A DNA stretch of 49,582 nucleotides from Chiloscyllium plagiosum (GCF_004010195.1 NC_057755.1:10680934-10730515), one strand, 5' to 3'; positions 1-11,560 are shown, numbered from the stretch's first letter. Notes: generated by a model not told the origin, from the sequence alone. Made by a program: numbers and translations.

Positions 1-215
1 GTCAGGCCCAGGCTGCAGCAGTGGAGTCAGACCCAGGTTGTAGCAGTGGAGTCAGGCCCAGGCAGCAGCAGTGGAGTCAGGCCTAGACTGTAGCAGTGGA
101 GTCAGGCCCAGACTGCAGCAGTGGAGTCGGTCCCAGGCAGCAGCAATGGAGTCAGGCCCAGGTTACAGGAGTGGGGTCAGGCCCAGTCTGCAGCAGTGTT
201 GTCAGGCCCAGGCTG
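1..215 (+). repeat. 25-bp minisatellite (GTCAGGCCCAGGCTGCAGCAGTGGA), ~8.5 units, probably extends beyond the window start
   Basis: Units start at 1, 26, 51, 76, 101, 126, 151, 176 and 201; mirrored on the opposite strand at ~22850-23185. Confidence 0.95.
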
Positions 216-699
216 CACCAGCAGTGATAGTGACTGCTTGCGCAGCGGAATACAGCCCAATAAAAGGAAAGACACCCAGAAACACAAAAACAAAAATCAA
301 AAATGTAAGACAACTGATTTCTTCCCCACAGTACACTGGCTGTGGCTAGCTAGCTTGGAGTCAGTCCACAGCTGACGAGATTGCCTGATTATGAATAAGA
401 TTTTTTATTTGCTTTATATAAATCCCCACACTATTGCCAAACAGCGGTAGGGTTTATTTATTCCCAGCAGCCATGTTGTGTGTATGCAGGTGTAGTACAC
501 AGTGAATAACAATGAGCGCATCAATCTTTATTCGTGATCCACCACCAGGAAGTAAGTGGCCAGCGACAAGCAGTGCCCTTCTCATCAAAGGGCAATGCTA
601 GGTGACCAAAGAAGGGAAGGGAACGGCAGGGACTGAATCAAAATAGAGTTGGAAGGGGAAATACTACATTCCTCTCCCTGTGTTGTCCACCACTCCCTG

Positions 700-1470
700 A
701 GCAGAGCAAGGGTGTTCGTAGACACCCTCTGCTCTATCTCCAGGGACACCCACCAGTCAACACCACACTCCAAGCAACCTCCCCTGCCAATGCAGGAAGT
801 GCAAAACCTGCACCCACACCATTTCCCTCACCTCTGCCCAAGGCCCCAGAGTATCCTTTCACATCTGACAGAAATTCACCTGTACCTCTATTGATGTCAT
901 CTACTGTATGTGTTGAATCCAACTTGGTCTCCTCTATATCGGGGAGACAGGATTCCTACTTGTGGATCATTTCAGAGAACATTTCTGGGATGCCTGCACC
1001 ACCTAACCCCACTGCCCCATGGCTGAACACTTCACCACCCCTCTCCCACTCCATCAAGGACATGCAGATCCTGGGTCTCCTCCACCACCAAACCATTACC
1101 ACCCAATGCCTGGAGGAGGAACCCCTCATATTCCGCCTCGGGACCCTGGGGTCAATGTGGATTTCAACAGTTTCCTCATTTCCCCTCTCCCCACATTTTC
1201 CGAGTTGCAAGCCTGCCTCCTGACCTGTCCATCACCTTTCCCATCTATTCCCTTCACCCTCCTCTCCGGCCTCTCCCCTTCTCCCTCACCTTCATCTACC
1301 TACTCCATTTTCAGCTGACTTCCCCCCAACCCCACCACCCACTCATTTATCTCTCAGCTCCCCGGCCCACAGTCCTCATTCCTGATAAAGGGCTTATGCC
1401 GGAAACATCAATTCTCCTGACCCTCCGATGCTGCTTGACCTGCTGTGCTTTTCCAGCATCACACTCTCAA
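700..1470 (+). mobile_element. Degraded Penelope-like element (GIY-YIG endonuclease remnant plus terminal repeat with decayed hammerhead)
   Basis: Frameshifted PCQCRKCKTC and LLYIGET motifs; terminal repeat CTGATAAAGGGCTTATGCCGGAAACATC at ~1382-1409. Confidence 0.8.
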
Positions 1471-1479
1471 AGCTGTCCT

Positions 1480-2330
1480 TATGTGCTGAATGCCATTTCA
1501 CTTTAGGAAATGTTCAAATTGCCTGCTGGTAAATGACATTCCATTGTCAGTGACTCATACTTCCGAGGATCTGTGTATCACGAATAATGCTTGCACCTTG
1601 TCAATCATTACCCCTGAGTTTGGTGAAAGAATCTTACACACATCCAACATTTTTGAACGGGCGTCTGAACCAACCAGGAACACTGAGCCAATGAAAGGAT
1701 CCGTATAGCCAATGTGTCCAGGGTGTGTTCCCGGACATTCCCGTGAATATAGAGGTACTGTTGGTGACAAATCATGTCGTTGTTTTCACTCGGGGCACTA
1801 TCCCACCAATGCAGCTTCGTTGGCATCCAATCCTGGCCACCATAGCTCCTTACCAGCATCTCCATCTTGGAAATCCCTGGATAATCCTGGCAGGATCAGC
1901 CAGTATCTGGTGGTGGCCATTACTTGAGACGATCACACTTGCCCCTCAGCTGCTTCTGTCCACAGGACAGGACCTTCTTGTGTCCACAGTCAGATAATGT
2001 TCATAGTGGGTGGACGTGCATCCAGAAACATTGAGCTAAAGCAGATTCTTCAAAGGAAGACCCCAACGGGGTGAATATCTGTCACTGGGAGGGGGCCCAA
2101 ATCATCTATAATAGCCACTTGGCTCCAGGACGGTGTTCAAACTTGTCCTTGTAGGCGCTGAGAATAAGGATCCAACGTTGAATTTGACTGGAAGCTGCAT
2201 CATCTTGTTTTCCTTCAGTAGCACGAGCAGAGATTTGTGATCGATACAATGATATCCATAAAGATACTGGTGTAACTTCCTCACGCCAGCCTTTGTACTG
2301 TCTTAAATAAATATCGAGAGGCAGGTAATT
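1480..2330 (-). mobile_element. Ty3/Gypsy pol remnant (RNase H to integrase)
   Basis: Minus-strand fragments RKLHQYLYGYHCIDHKSLL (RNase H) and HIGYTDPFIGSVFLVGSDARSK (integrase core), broken by stops and frameshifts. Confidence 0.8.
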
Positions 2331-3014
2331 CTCTCGATGGAAATCTGACTCACGTAGGTAATGTAATGTGGATTATATAGAATGGGAGGTTTTGCACAGT
2401 GTTAAATCTTTGGGAATAAATACACCGCCCAGGTCAATAAACAAAGGAACTAGCAAACGGGAGGCAAGAGCATCCAATAGAAAACAAGACTAATCACAAC
2501 TTCTGCAGAATATTCCAAAGGAGCCTGTGACAGAGGAATTAACTTTGTCATGAGAGGTATTTAAAATTGATGAGGAAGGAGTGTTGAACGGACTATTGAT
2601 TGTTAACATGAAAAAGGCATCACGACCTGGTGAAGTCCATTCAGGCATATTAAAGGTAGTGACAGTGAGAACTGAAGGGACACTGGCCTTAAACTTTCAG
2701 CCTTCCTGGAGTCAGGGCAAGGGCCAGAGTTTGGAGAATAACAAAATTTGCAGCCTTGCTCAAGAAAGGTTTTCAGGATAAAGGTTGCAGTAACAGGCTG
2801 GGGTTCTGGATCACTAGCCCAGTAAGATTACCACGATTCCAGTACCTGACTCTGTGAAATAATTAGATTAAATCAGTTGAGCAATGCAACACGAGTTTCA
2901 CAATTACAGAGATCGGCACAAAAACAACTGCAACGTGTTTCTTTCTGAATGACATTTCTGTAATTTATTGGTTAGCATGTTCTTCATTGTATCATTCTGA
3001 TAAATAGTGCCAAT

Positions 3015-4753
3015 ATGTGTGGTGATGGTAAACTTGCTGAATATTTTAATTTAGATATAAAACGGCAGCACAAAGATTACCTTCGCAAAAAGAACGAGAA
3101 TCTAACAATCACAGGAGAAAACAGAAGAATTCGGAGATTTCCACTGAGTGAAAGATATACCAAAGTAACTATTGTGCCTTCACTGGGTGAGCAGGAACAC
3201 ACAGACAATTCACTGAAGACCAGGAGTACGGCAGGTGGAGAATTGTGGAGGAAAGCTGAGCAAAATCATCGGGAAGAAATACCGTTAGATAGGTTACTGA
3301 GAAATCATTGTAATCAGACAGGATGCGCTGGGACCATTTTCATCATTGGACCGTCAGGTTTTGGAAAAAGTACCACAATACAGAAAATAATACATGGCTG
3401 GGCAGCAGGTGAAATGTACCGAGAGATTGATGTGATCTTTCCATTTAAAGTTCAGAAATTGAATTCCATCGATGGGGAAACCTGCTTAAATGAACTGATA
3501 TTAGATTTCTTTCCCAATTTCACAAACTACTTAGAGTTTCTGTGGAACAAACCAGAGAAAATATTATTCATATTCGATGACTTGGATCTTTTCCAGAAAC
3601 CCATCGACATCACTGAGATGCCATGTGCCAATGATGATGGATCTCAGAGTTTCGGGCCTGAACATTTGTGTGAAATATCCCACATTGTGTGCAGTCTGAT
3701 AAAAGGGCAGTTGCTGAATGGCTGCTCAGTGTTGGGAACAATTTCCACATGGAAACTGCAAACCTTTGGGAAAGTCGGATTAAATCGGGTTGTCGATATC
3801 CTGGGCTTCAGTGCAGACACAATGAAACAACATTCTCATAGCTGCTCTGCAGCTGGACGGTTTGCTTCAGATTTTATTGAGCAGGATGAGAAATTATACT
3901 CCATGTGCCATAATCCTCGCTTCTGCTCGGTTCTATGTTCAATATTGGAAGCCCAGCAGAAAGAAGGAGCCCAGATACCAGCATTCACAACCTGTACAAG
4001 GGTGTTCCTCACTTATGTCACTTGTCTTTTGAAGAAATGTTTATTTGATGATGTTAATGCTCACAATATGCTTCTGAAATTGGGTAGTTTGGCCTACTGG
4101 GGAATTTGCACCAAAACCATTGTGTTTAAAAGAGGCCATTTCAAACAGCAGCAGCTCCTTATGTCCAATTGGATCTCGGGATTTATGATGGAAATTCATG
4201 ACAATGACGGTATTGGCTACATGTTCACTCACCCCATTTTGAAGGATTTTGTTGCTGCCCTGTTTAAATGTCAAAATACACCAGCTGACCAAGTGAAAAA
4301 AATACTTACTGAATGGCACAACTGCATGGACGACAGGTTTAAATTTTTTTCCCGTTGTTTCATTGGCCTCTCATCACCAAATTCAGTGAAACAAATTGGG
4401 TTTTACTGGGGAGAACTACAGTCTGAAACAGTTTCAAACGTATCAGTCTGGCTGAAAGACAAAATCAACAGTTATGTGCAGAACTTGGAAAGTGAGAGAA
4501 ACCAAAAAGGTCTCCTTGAAATATTGCATTGTCTCCTTGAATTTGGAGATGCCACGCTGCTAAAAGATGTCTTAACTCCAGTGAAGACATTCCGATTCAC
4601 AAAGTGCCCTCTTAAAACCTTTGACTGTACGGTTCTGTCAAAAGCCTTAATGATGGTTCCGGAGATTGAGGAGCTGAATCTGGACAGTTGTGGGATAGGA
4701 AATGAGGGCATCCACCAGCTGGAGTCAGTGTTACATAAATGTGAGGTACTAAG
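3015..4753 (+). CDS. NLR copy A, large NACHT exon (FISNA-like N-terminus, NACHT, winged helix, first LRR); NLRC3/NLRP-like
   Basis: 580-aa ORF; Walker A GPSGFGKST, Walker B ILFIFDDLD, WH motif FTHPILKDFVAA, LRR IEELNLDSCGIGNEG; phase-2 donor AG|GTAATG at 4753/4754. Confidence 0.95.
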
Positions 4754-5296
4754 GTAATGTAACACCATTGTTTAATAACATTGTAACATCATAACGGGAT
4801 GGAGCAGTTTCTGGGGCAATATCTATAAATAACTCATGTTACATTAATCAAGGACAGGATCTTGTCATACCATTCATGGAATCATGATGACATGAAACCA
4901 CTAAACATAATCAAACCATCGGTATAATACCACCTCGTGCAATGATCTGTCAGTTAACAGATCTTAAGAATAGAAAATCTGAATACGCACTGAAAAGACC
5001 TTTTGCTTCTTTGATTTAATCACTCAAATTGTCTCCCCTTTTGCACTTTACCCATATCTGTAGAGTTATAGAGGCGGACAGTAAAACACTACTGTATTTG
5101 GAAGATGTGCATCTGTGATGCCAAAGTGTACAACACTGTTCCCAGCGATGCTGGGTAATGGGATGAGAATAATGAGGGGGTTGTTTATGGGATAGTTTTA
5201 TCCACACACTTTGTGATTAGAAAATAGCACCCGGTGGCATTTTTTTTTTAGACGTGACAAGACTTTGATTACCTTGTTGGTCATTTTTGAACAGAC

Positions 5297-5600
5297 GTCA
5301 GAACAGGAATAGGCCATTCGGCCACTTGAGCCTGTTCTACCATTCATTGGCTGATCCATGTCCTAACTCCACAAAGCTGCCTTTGGCCCATATTCATTAT
5401 TACCTCTTGTTCAACAAAAATATACGTAACTCCAATTTAAAATCAACAACTAATCCGCTGCCGTCTGTGGAACAATGTTACGAAACTCTCCCAAACTTTG
5501 TGTGTAGAAGTGATTCCTCACGTCTATCTTGAATAGTCTGGGTCCTAATTCTCAGATTATGTCTCGCTCTAGAATACTCTATCAGCGGAAATCGTATCCT
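5297..5600 (-). mobile_element. CR1 LINE 3' fragment in NLR-A intron
   Basis: Typical CR1 3'-end sequence (GAATAGGCCATTCGGCC...); mirror copy at ~17880-18190. Confidence 0.65.
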
Positions 5601-6090
5601 GGAATTCTTTTTTTCCCCTGAGCACCAACCTCTCGGCCATTAACACATCTGAAAAGAAGCGAGACTCCGAATAAAATGCCGCGGTAAAACCCAACTAAAC
5701 CTTCCCTTCATACCATTAAACACCCATCAAGATTGCTTGCTGTTCCCTTTTCCTCTCTAGCTTTGTTTTGAAGATTGTTCTGTCCTTTCAGTGCAATTAA
5801 CTTTGTTCAGCCATCCATTCTGGTGCGCATTATGCAACTAATTTTTCTTAAGTGTCATACATTCTACTTCCAGACATCAGAAATACAATTCAGTGAAGGA
5901 TCTGTACCCTCTGACGCTCAGTAATATTTTCATACCAAGACAAATAGATACAAGCCTTAAAACTAAATCAAATTTCACTTCACTTTTTCCTATCGTGTAT
6001 CTCCAAAACACCAGTAACAAAATAGACCTGTGAACATTTCCAATCCTACTAATTTTTCCCTATCTATTATTTCTTTTTATTTTTTGTCAG

Positions 6091-6147
6091 ACTCAACATG
6101 AATAACCTGGGTGATTTGGGAGTGACACATCTCTCTGCCATTCTAAA
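6091..6147 (+). CDS. NLR copy A LRR exon 2, truncated (native donor deleted; 3' end uncertain)
   Basis: Acceptor TTTTTGTCAG|A; encodes RLNMNNLGDLGVTHLSAILK; the paralogous exon in copy B is 87 nt and ends at GTAAGT; the only in-frame cryptic donor seen nearby is AA|GTATTT. Confidence 0.6.
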
Positions 6148-6345
6148 GTATTTACATGTTAGTAATTATCAGCAAATGTTACAGTTCCATTTCTACTATT
6201 CTGGTACTAATTTAGCTGATAAAACAACAATTACAATTAACTTGGAAGTTTAATGTGATTGCTTGCAAGTTGGCATTTATTTTGACATTTCCATGTCGGA
6301 ATGTTACTGGGAATGTAATTTGTGCTTTTCCTTCAATCAATGCAG

Positions 6346-6537
6346 CTTAAAATCCAATAATCTCAAAGATGGCTGTGTGGAAATCTTAATCTCAGCTCTT
6401 CGTGAAAATACTGTGCTGTTAAAAATCGAAATCAGCAATGATGATCTAAATGGTGACCATGCCAACAGGCTGACAGATCAATCTGTTCCTGCACTATCCC
6501 AGTTCATTCAGAATTGCACACAAATGACTGAAATCAA
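6346..6537 (+). CDS. NLR copy A LRR exon 3 (192 nt)
   Basis: TGCAG| acceptor and AA|GTGAGT donor; encodes LKSNNLKDGCVEILISALRENTVLLKIEISN...NRLTDQSV. Confidence 0.88.
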
Positions 6538-6652
6538 GTGAGTTTGTAACTTAAATGTTCTTCTTCCATAATTTATGTGCTCTGATTTGTGGAATAAACA
6601 TAGATCGAAGAGAACCACAGCAGTGAGGAAACAAGTCATTCTGCCCAACAAG

Positions 6653-6825
6653 TGGGCGGCACGGTAGCACAGTGGTTAGCACTGCTGCTTCACAGCGCCA
6701 GAGACCCGGGTTCAATTCCCGCCTCAGGCGACTCTCTGCATGGAGTTTGCACATTCTCCCCGTGTCTGCGTGGGTTTCCTCCGGGTGCTCCGGTTTCCTC
6801 CCACAATCCAAAAAAAAAATGTGCA
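6653..6825 (+). mobile_element. tRNA-derived HE1-type SINE, 5' half (young)
   Basis: A-box GGCACGGTAGCACAGTGGTTAGC, B-box GGTTCAATTCC, core GGGTTTCCTCCGGGTGCTCCGGTTTCCTCCCACA. Confidence 0.9.
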
Positions 6826-6995
6826 GCATTGCCAATTCACCCAAACCTGGAATGTGGGAGGAAGCTGAAGTACCTGGAGCACAGCGACAGACACAAGGAG
6901 AATGTGAAAACTCCACACACAGTCGCCGAGGCTGGAATCGAACCCGTGCCTCTGACGCTATGTGGTAACAGTGCTCACCACTGAGCCACTGTGCT
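6826..6995 (-). mobile_element. Older HE1-type SINE, 5' half
   Basis: Reverse complement of the SINE head; the full-length counterpart is at ~16465-16775 in arm B. Confidence 0.8.
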
Positions 6996-7471
6996 GTCCT
7001 GAAAATTTGATTTTTAGTAAATGTACCGCCTCTGACAACAGTAACTGAAGGGTACCAGGTATTTTGCAGGCCTAACGTAAAGGCCGAGAACATTTTCTCA
7101 GACATCGATGTCAACACAAACAGTTTTCCACAAATACACACAAAATACTTATTTAAACTTAATTCTTGATCCTTCACGAGTATTTGATCGGTCTCACAAA
7201 TAGTTACCCTGCCAAATGTGACTAAATCAGATTGGGATATCTGGGCAGCATTAACAAGTTGGAGAGAAATGTCTGTTTCCATGTTGTATTAGATTCTAAA
7301 TCACAATTAGAAAATCTCAATAGATGTACAGTCACCAGCTGGATGTCTCTCATTGATAAATACAATAGTTCTAAAAAGTGCAGTAAATAAAATCAGTTTT
7401 AAAAGTTATATCTTTCAGCATCATCAATGTAAGAAGCTACTCTTTATTGATTATTACAATTTATTTTTCAG

Positions 7472-7559
7472 CTTGAAGAATAATCTATTCTCTGAAGAAG
7501 GACTGAAAAGATTGAAGTGGATTCATCCATCAAATGATTTAACTATAATAACAGAGTGA
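7472..7559 (+). CDS. NLR copy A terminal coding exon
   Basis: TTTTTCAG| acceptor; encodes LKNNLFSEEGLKRLKWIHPSNDLTIITE*; AATAAA at 7569-7574. Confidence 0.85.
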
Positions 7560-8469
7560 AAGAGGGTGAATAAATTATTTTGTCATAATTTGGTCCGCAT
7601 TGTGGGGGATGCTCATTCGAATCAGTCCAGTTACGGAAGTGCATTTCGGGACTTGTATGATAGACTGGAAATAGCGTCTGTGTGTGTCAAGGGAAGAGAT
7701 ACAAAATCAACCATCACACTGTTTCCTTTCTCAGTCTCTGGATCCCGAACAGTCCCGACAGAAATCCGTCAAATCTGTTGCTCCTTTTAAAATGTCGATA
7801 CACTGTCCTTACTGTTCAATACTCCATTCCTCTCTTTGTGGAACATAATTCCAACTTGGTGTTCACTTGACTGAGCACTTGTGTTCATTCAGGAAACATG
7901 ACAATAACAGCCCAATCGTGTCACATTGTCATTCTCCATCCCACCCTCACTTTGATCTGTCTGCTCTCAGTCTTCGAAGGCTCAAACACACTTCACGTTT
8001 TATTTTCAGCTCTTTGCCACTTCACGTTTTATTTTCAGCTCTTTGCAATGTGTTGAGGGCCAGCATTTTATCATGTGGTAACTCCACCCACTGGGGCAAC
8101 TGGTGCTGGTAAACCTTCCACAGTACGACAGAGGCACTGGGAGCTCTAGTGGGAGTGGCAGTGATCCTTTCTTTGAGCCAGGACATCTGCGGTCCAGACC
8201 CATCTGCTCTCGTTTGTCTAATAACATCTCTGATCAGTATGACAGAAAAGTTGTGGATGTAAGAACTAAGAGGCACAACCACTGGTTAACAGCATACTAT
8301 TATGAGGAGTTAAAATGTGAGCTGGCTGAGACAAAAGACCTTATTCTTCAATTTGTTTCAGGGACAAGAATATTAAGACAAGTGTTAACTCCAGAAATGA
8401 ACTGGATGTATTCCCAAGGAGGGAGGGGCTTACTGGGTGGCATTTCCAAAGACCAAAAAATTATCATCG

Positions 8470-9142
8470 AGTAACAGAGATGTACAGCATGGAAACAGTC
8501 CCTTCTGCCCAACTCGTCCATGCCGACCAGATATCCCAAGCTAACCAAGTGCCCTTTGCCAGCACTTGGCCCATAGCCCTCTCAACCTTTCCTGTTCATA
8601 TAGCCTTCCAGATGCCTTTTAAACAATGCAATTGTACCAGCAACCACCACATCCTCTGGCAGCTCATTCCATACACGTAACACCCTCTACGTGAAAAAGT
8701 GCCCCTTATGTCCCTTCTATGCTTTCCCTCTCACCCTAAACCTATGCCCTGTAGTTCTGAACCACACTCTCACCCCAGGGAAAAGACTAATTTTCCAACC
8801 CATGCCCCCTTATAAACCTCTATCAGGTTACCCCTCAGCCTCTGATGCTCCAGTGAAAACAGCCCCAGCCTGTTGAGCCTCTCCCTATAGCTCAAACCCT
8901 CCAACCCTGGCAAGATCCTTGTAAATCTTTTCTGAACTCTTTCAAGTTTCACAACATCTTTTTGATAGGAAGGAGACCAGAATTGCACACAATATTCCAA
9001 CAGTGGTCGGTACATTCTGCACAGTCACAACATGACGTCCGAAGTCCTATACACAATACGCTGGCCAATAAAGGAAAGCATACCAAACGCCTTCTTCGCT
9101 ATCCTATCTACCTGCGACTCCACTTTCAAGGAGCTATGAACC
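8470..9142 (-). mobile_element. CR1 LINE 3' end (RT C-terminus plus 3' UTR)
   Basis: RPLLEYCVQFWSPSYQKDVVKLERVQKRFTRILPGL...LGLFSLE. Confidence 0.92.
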
Positions 9143-9672
9143 TGATAGTGACAACAGTACGTTTGTATAACCAAATAATTTTATAAACTCTCATAACAGC
9201 TGAACAGCAAACCAGCTTCAGGATCTGTTTGGAAAATGCAAATTCAGTGTGTTCAGCTAAAACAGGAATGCAATCAGCTCTGCAAGCCTTGAAACAAGAA
9301 TTTGTAGTCTATATTTAAAACTCTGACTTGCACATGAGTATCATGTGGTCAACCTGCATGCTTTCTGGTAAAGAGTTTCATAAAAGGTATAGTGCTATAG
9401 TCAGTAATCTTAGTACTCAAGTGTTAAGTTCACATTAAAATATATATAATTTAAAGATTTACTTAGACTATGCTACATTTGTTAGGCTAACTATTTTTGT
9501 TTGGATTTTACTGATGCTTTGTAGTTCACCCCTAACTCTTTCCCAAAAGCCAAATTACTTATATTGCACAATTTTCTAATACACCAAGTTGCATGAGAAC
9601 TGCGTTATAGAAGTAGCTGTAAAATAAAACATTTATTTGGAAGCATTAGCTTTCAGAGCACTGCTCCTTCAC

Positions 9673-10172
9673 NNNNNNNNNNNNNNNNNNNNNNNNNNNN
9701 NNNNNNNNNNNNNNNNNNNNNNNNNNNNNNNNNNNNNNNNNNNNNNNNNNNNNNNNNNNNNNNNNNNNNNNNNNNNNNNNNNNNNNNNNNNNNNNNNNNN
9801 NNNNNNNNNNNNNNNNNNNNNNNNNNNNNNNNNNNNNNNNNNNNNNNNNNNNNNNNNNNNNNNNNNNNNNNNNNNNNNNNNNNNNNNNNNNNNNNNNNNN
9901 NNNNNNNNNNNNNNNNNNNNNNNNNNNNNNNNNNNNNNNNNNNNNNNNNNNNNNNNNNNNNNNNNNNNNNNNNNNNNNNNNNNNNNNNNNNNNNNNNNNN
10001 NNNNNNNNNNNNNNNNNNNNNNNNNNNNNNNNNNNNNNNNNNNNNNNNNNNNNNNNNNNNNNNNNNNNNNNNNNNNNNNNNNNNNNNNNNNNNNNNNNNN
10101 NNNNNNNNNNNNNNNNNNNNNNNNNNNNNNNNNNNNNNNNNNNNNNNNNNNNNNNNNNNNNNNNNNNNNNNN
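9673..10172. other. Assembly gap (N run)
   Basis: 500 N. Confidence 1.
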
Positions 10173-10757
10173 AGGACCCTTGCTTTTATCAGGCAGGGCA
10201 CTTGGATTATAAGAACATGGAGGTCATGTTGGAACTGCACAGAATGTTGGTTCTCGCACAACTGGAGTACTTTGTGGATCTGCAGTCCCAATACTGTCGG
10301 AGGGGTATGATTGTACCGGAAAGGTGGAGCATCTCAGTGACCAGGAGGGAAGCTTCAATTGTTGTTTTTTTGAAGCAAGAAAGGTTTGGAGCAGAGCGTC
10401 GTGGAAGTGCATAAGAATGAGTGGCACAGGCACTGTAGATAGAAACCAGTTGGTCCCCTTCGTTCAAAGATAAATAACAAGGGGATGTAGTTTCATAGTG
10501 AAAGCCAGGAGGTTTAGAGGAGATTTGAGGGATAACCTTTTCCTCCAGAGGGTTCAGGGGAACTGGAATGTGCTGCCTGGGAGGCCGGGAACCACACAAG
10601 CTTTAATAAGAAATTGGATGATGTCATTAAATATCACAATATTCAAGGCAATTGGTCTAAAGTGGGACTGTGGGCTGAGGAGAGGAAGTTGTATCATTTT
10701 GGCAGGGACAGGCTTGACGGGCTGAAGGTCCTCCTCTGTACTGAATGGTTCTATGAT
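10173..10757 (+). mobile_element. Degraded CR1 LINE 3' end
   Basis: LEYFVDLQSQY, RRFRGDLRDNLFLQRV..WNVLP and a CR1-like tail. Confidence 0.8.
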
Positions 10758-10908
10758 TCAACCACATTTTCACGGAAGACTCATTGATTACAAATACCAT
10801 GGTAACAAGATTATCAACGAACTATTTGTTCATCAAATAACGAAGACAAAGTCTTTCTTACGAACCCAACTTCATGATAGTTCTGTTCGCCGAGCTGGAA
10901 GTTTTTGT

Positions 10909-10950
10909 TGCAAACGTTTCGTCCCCTGGCTAGGCGACATCATCAGTGCT
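10909..10950 (-). ncRNA. Minimal type I hammerhead ribozyme in PLE terminal repeat
   Basis: Minus strand reads GCA-CTGATGA-T-GTCGCCTAGCCAGGGGAC-GAAAC-GTT-TGC. Confidence 0.75.
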
Positions 10951-11480
10951 TGGGAGCCTCCTGCGAAGCGCTTCTTTGATGTTTCCTCCGGTGTTTATAG
11001 TGGTCTGTCCCTGCCGCTTCCGGTTGTCAGTTTCAGCTGTCCGCTGTAGTGGTTGGTATATTGGGTCCAGGTCGATGTGTTTGTTGATGGAGTTTGTGGA
11101 TGAATGCCATGCCTCTAGGAATTCCCTGGCTGTTCTCTGTCTGGCTTGCCCTATGATAGTAGTGTTGTCACAGTCGAATTCATGTTACTTGTTGTCTGCG
11201 TGTGTGGATACCTGGTCGTGTCGTTTCGTGGCTAGTTGATGTTCATGTATGCGGATCGTTAGCTGTCTTCCTGTTTGTCCTATATAGTGTTTAGTGCAGT
11301 CCTTGCATGGTATTTTGTACACTACATTCCTCTTGCTCATGTTGGGTATCGGGTCCTTTGTGAGGACCAATATACCAACCACTACAGCGGACAGCTGAAA
11401 CTGAAAACCGGAAGCGGCAGGGACAGACCACTATAAACACCGGAGGAAACATCAAAGAAGCGCTTCGCAGGAGACTCCCA

Positions 11481-11522
11481 AGCACTGATGATGTCGCCTA
11501 GCCAGGGGACGAAACGTTTGCA
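11481..11522 (+). ncRNA. Minimal type I hammerhead ribozyme in inverted PLE terminal repeat
   Basis: CTGATGA 11485-11491; stem II GTC(G)CCT/AGG(G)GAC; GAAAC 11511-11515; palindromic stem III AACGTT; stem I GCA/TGC. Confidence 0.75.
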
Positions 11523-11560
11523 ACAAAAACTTCCAACTCGGCGAACAGAACCACAACAAC

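Larger units (their letters stand above)
1..9672 (+). repeat. Arm A of a large inverted segmental duplication
   Basis: Reverse complement of ~13795-23019 over coding, intronic and repeat sequence, e.g. 1<->23019, 3015<->20470, 7559<->15896, 9632-9672<->13796-13837. Confidence 0.97.
10880..11560 (-). mobile_element. Penelope element, 5'-truncated, with GIY-YIG endonuclease C-terminus and inverted terminal repeat
   Basis: NVVYKIPCKDCTKHYIGQTGRQLTIRIHEH (GIY-YIG); 10880-11068 is the near-perfect reverse complement of 11364-11551. Confidence 0.92.

Noticed and set aside
1..375. ORFs over the 25-bp repeats (also 22721-23171) as proteins, or the repeats as CRISPR
   Set aside because: Minisatellite with a unit length not divisible by 3 and no spacers; ORFs are translation artefacts
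6551..7282. 243-aa minus-strand ORF
   Set aside because: Runs through two SINEs in an NLR intron and is not kept open in the arm B copy
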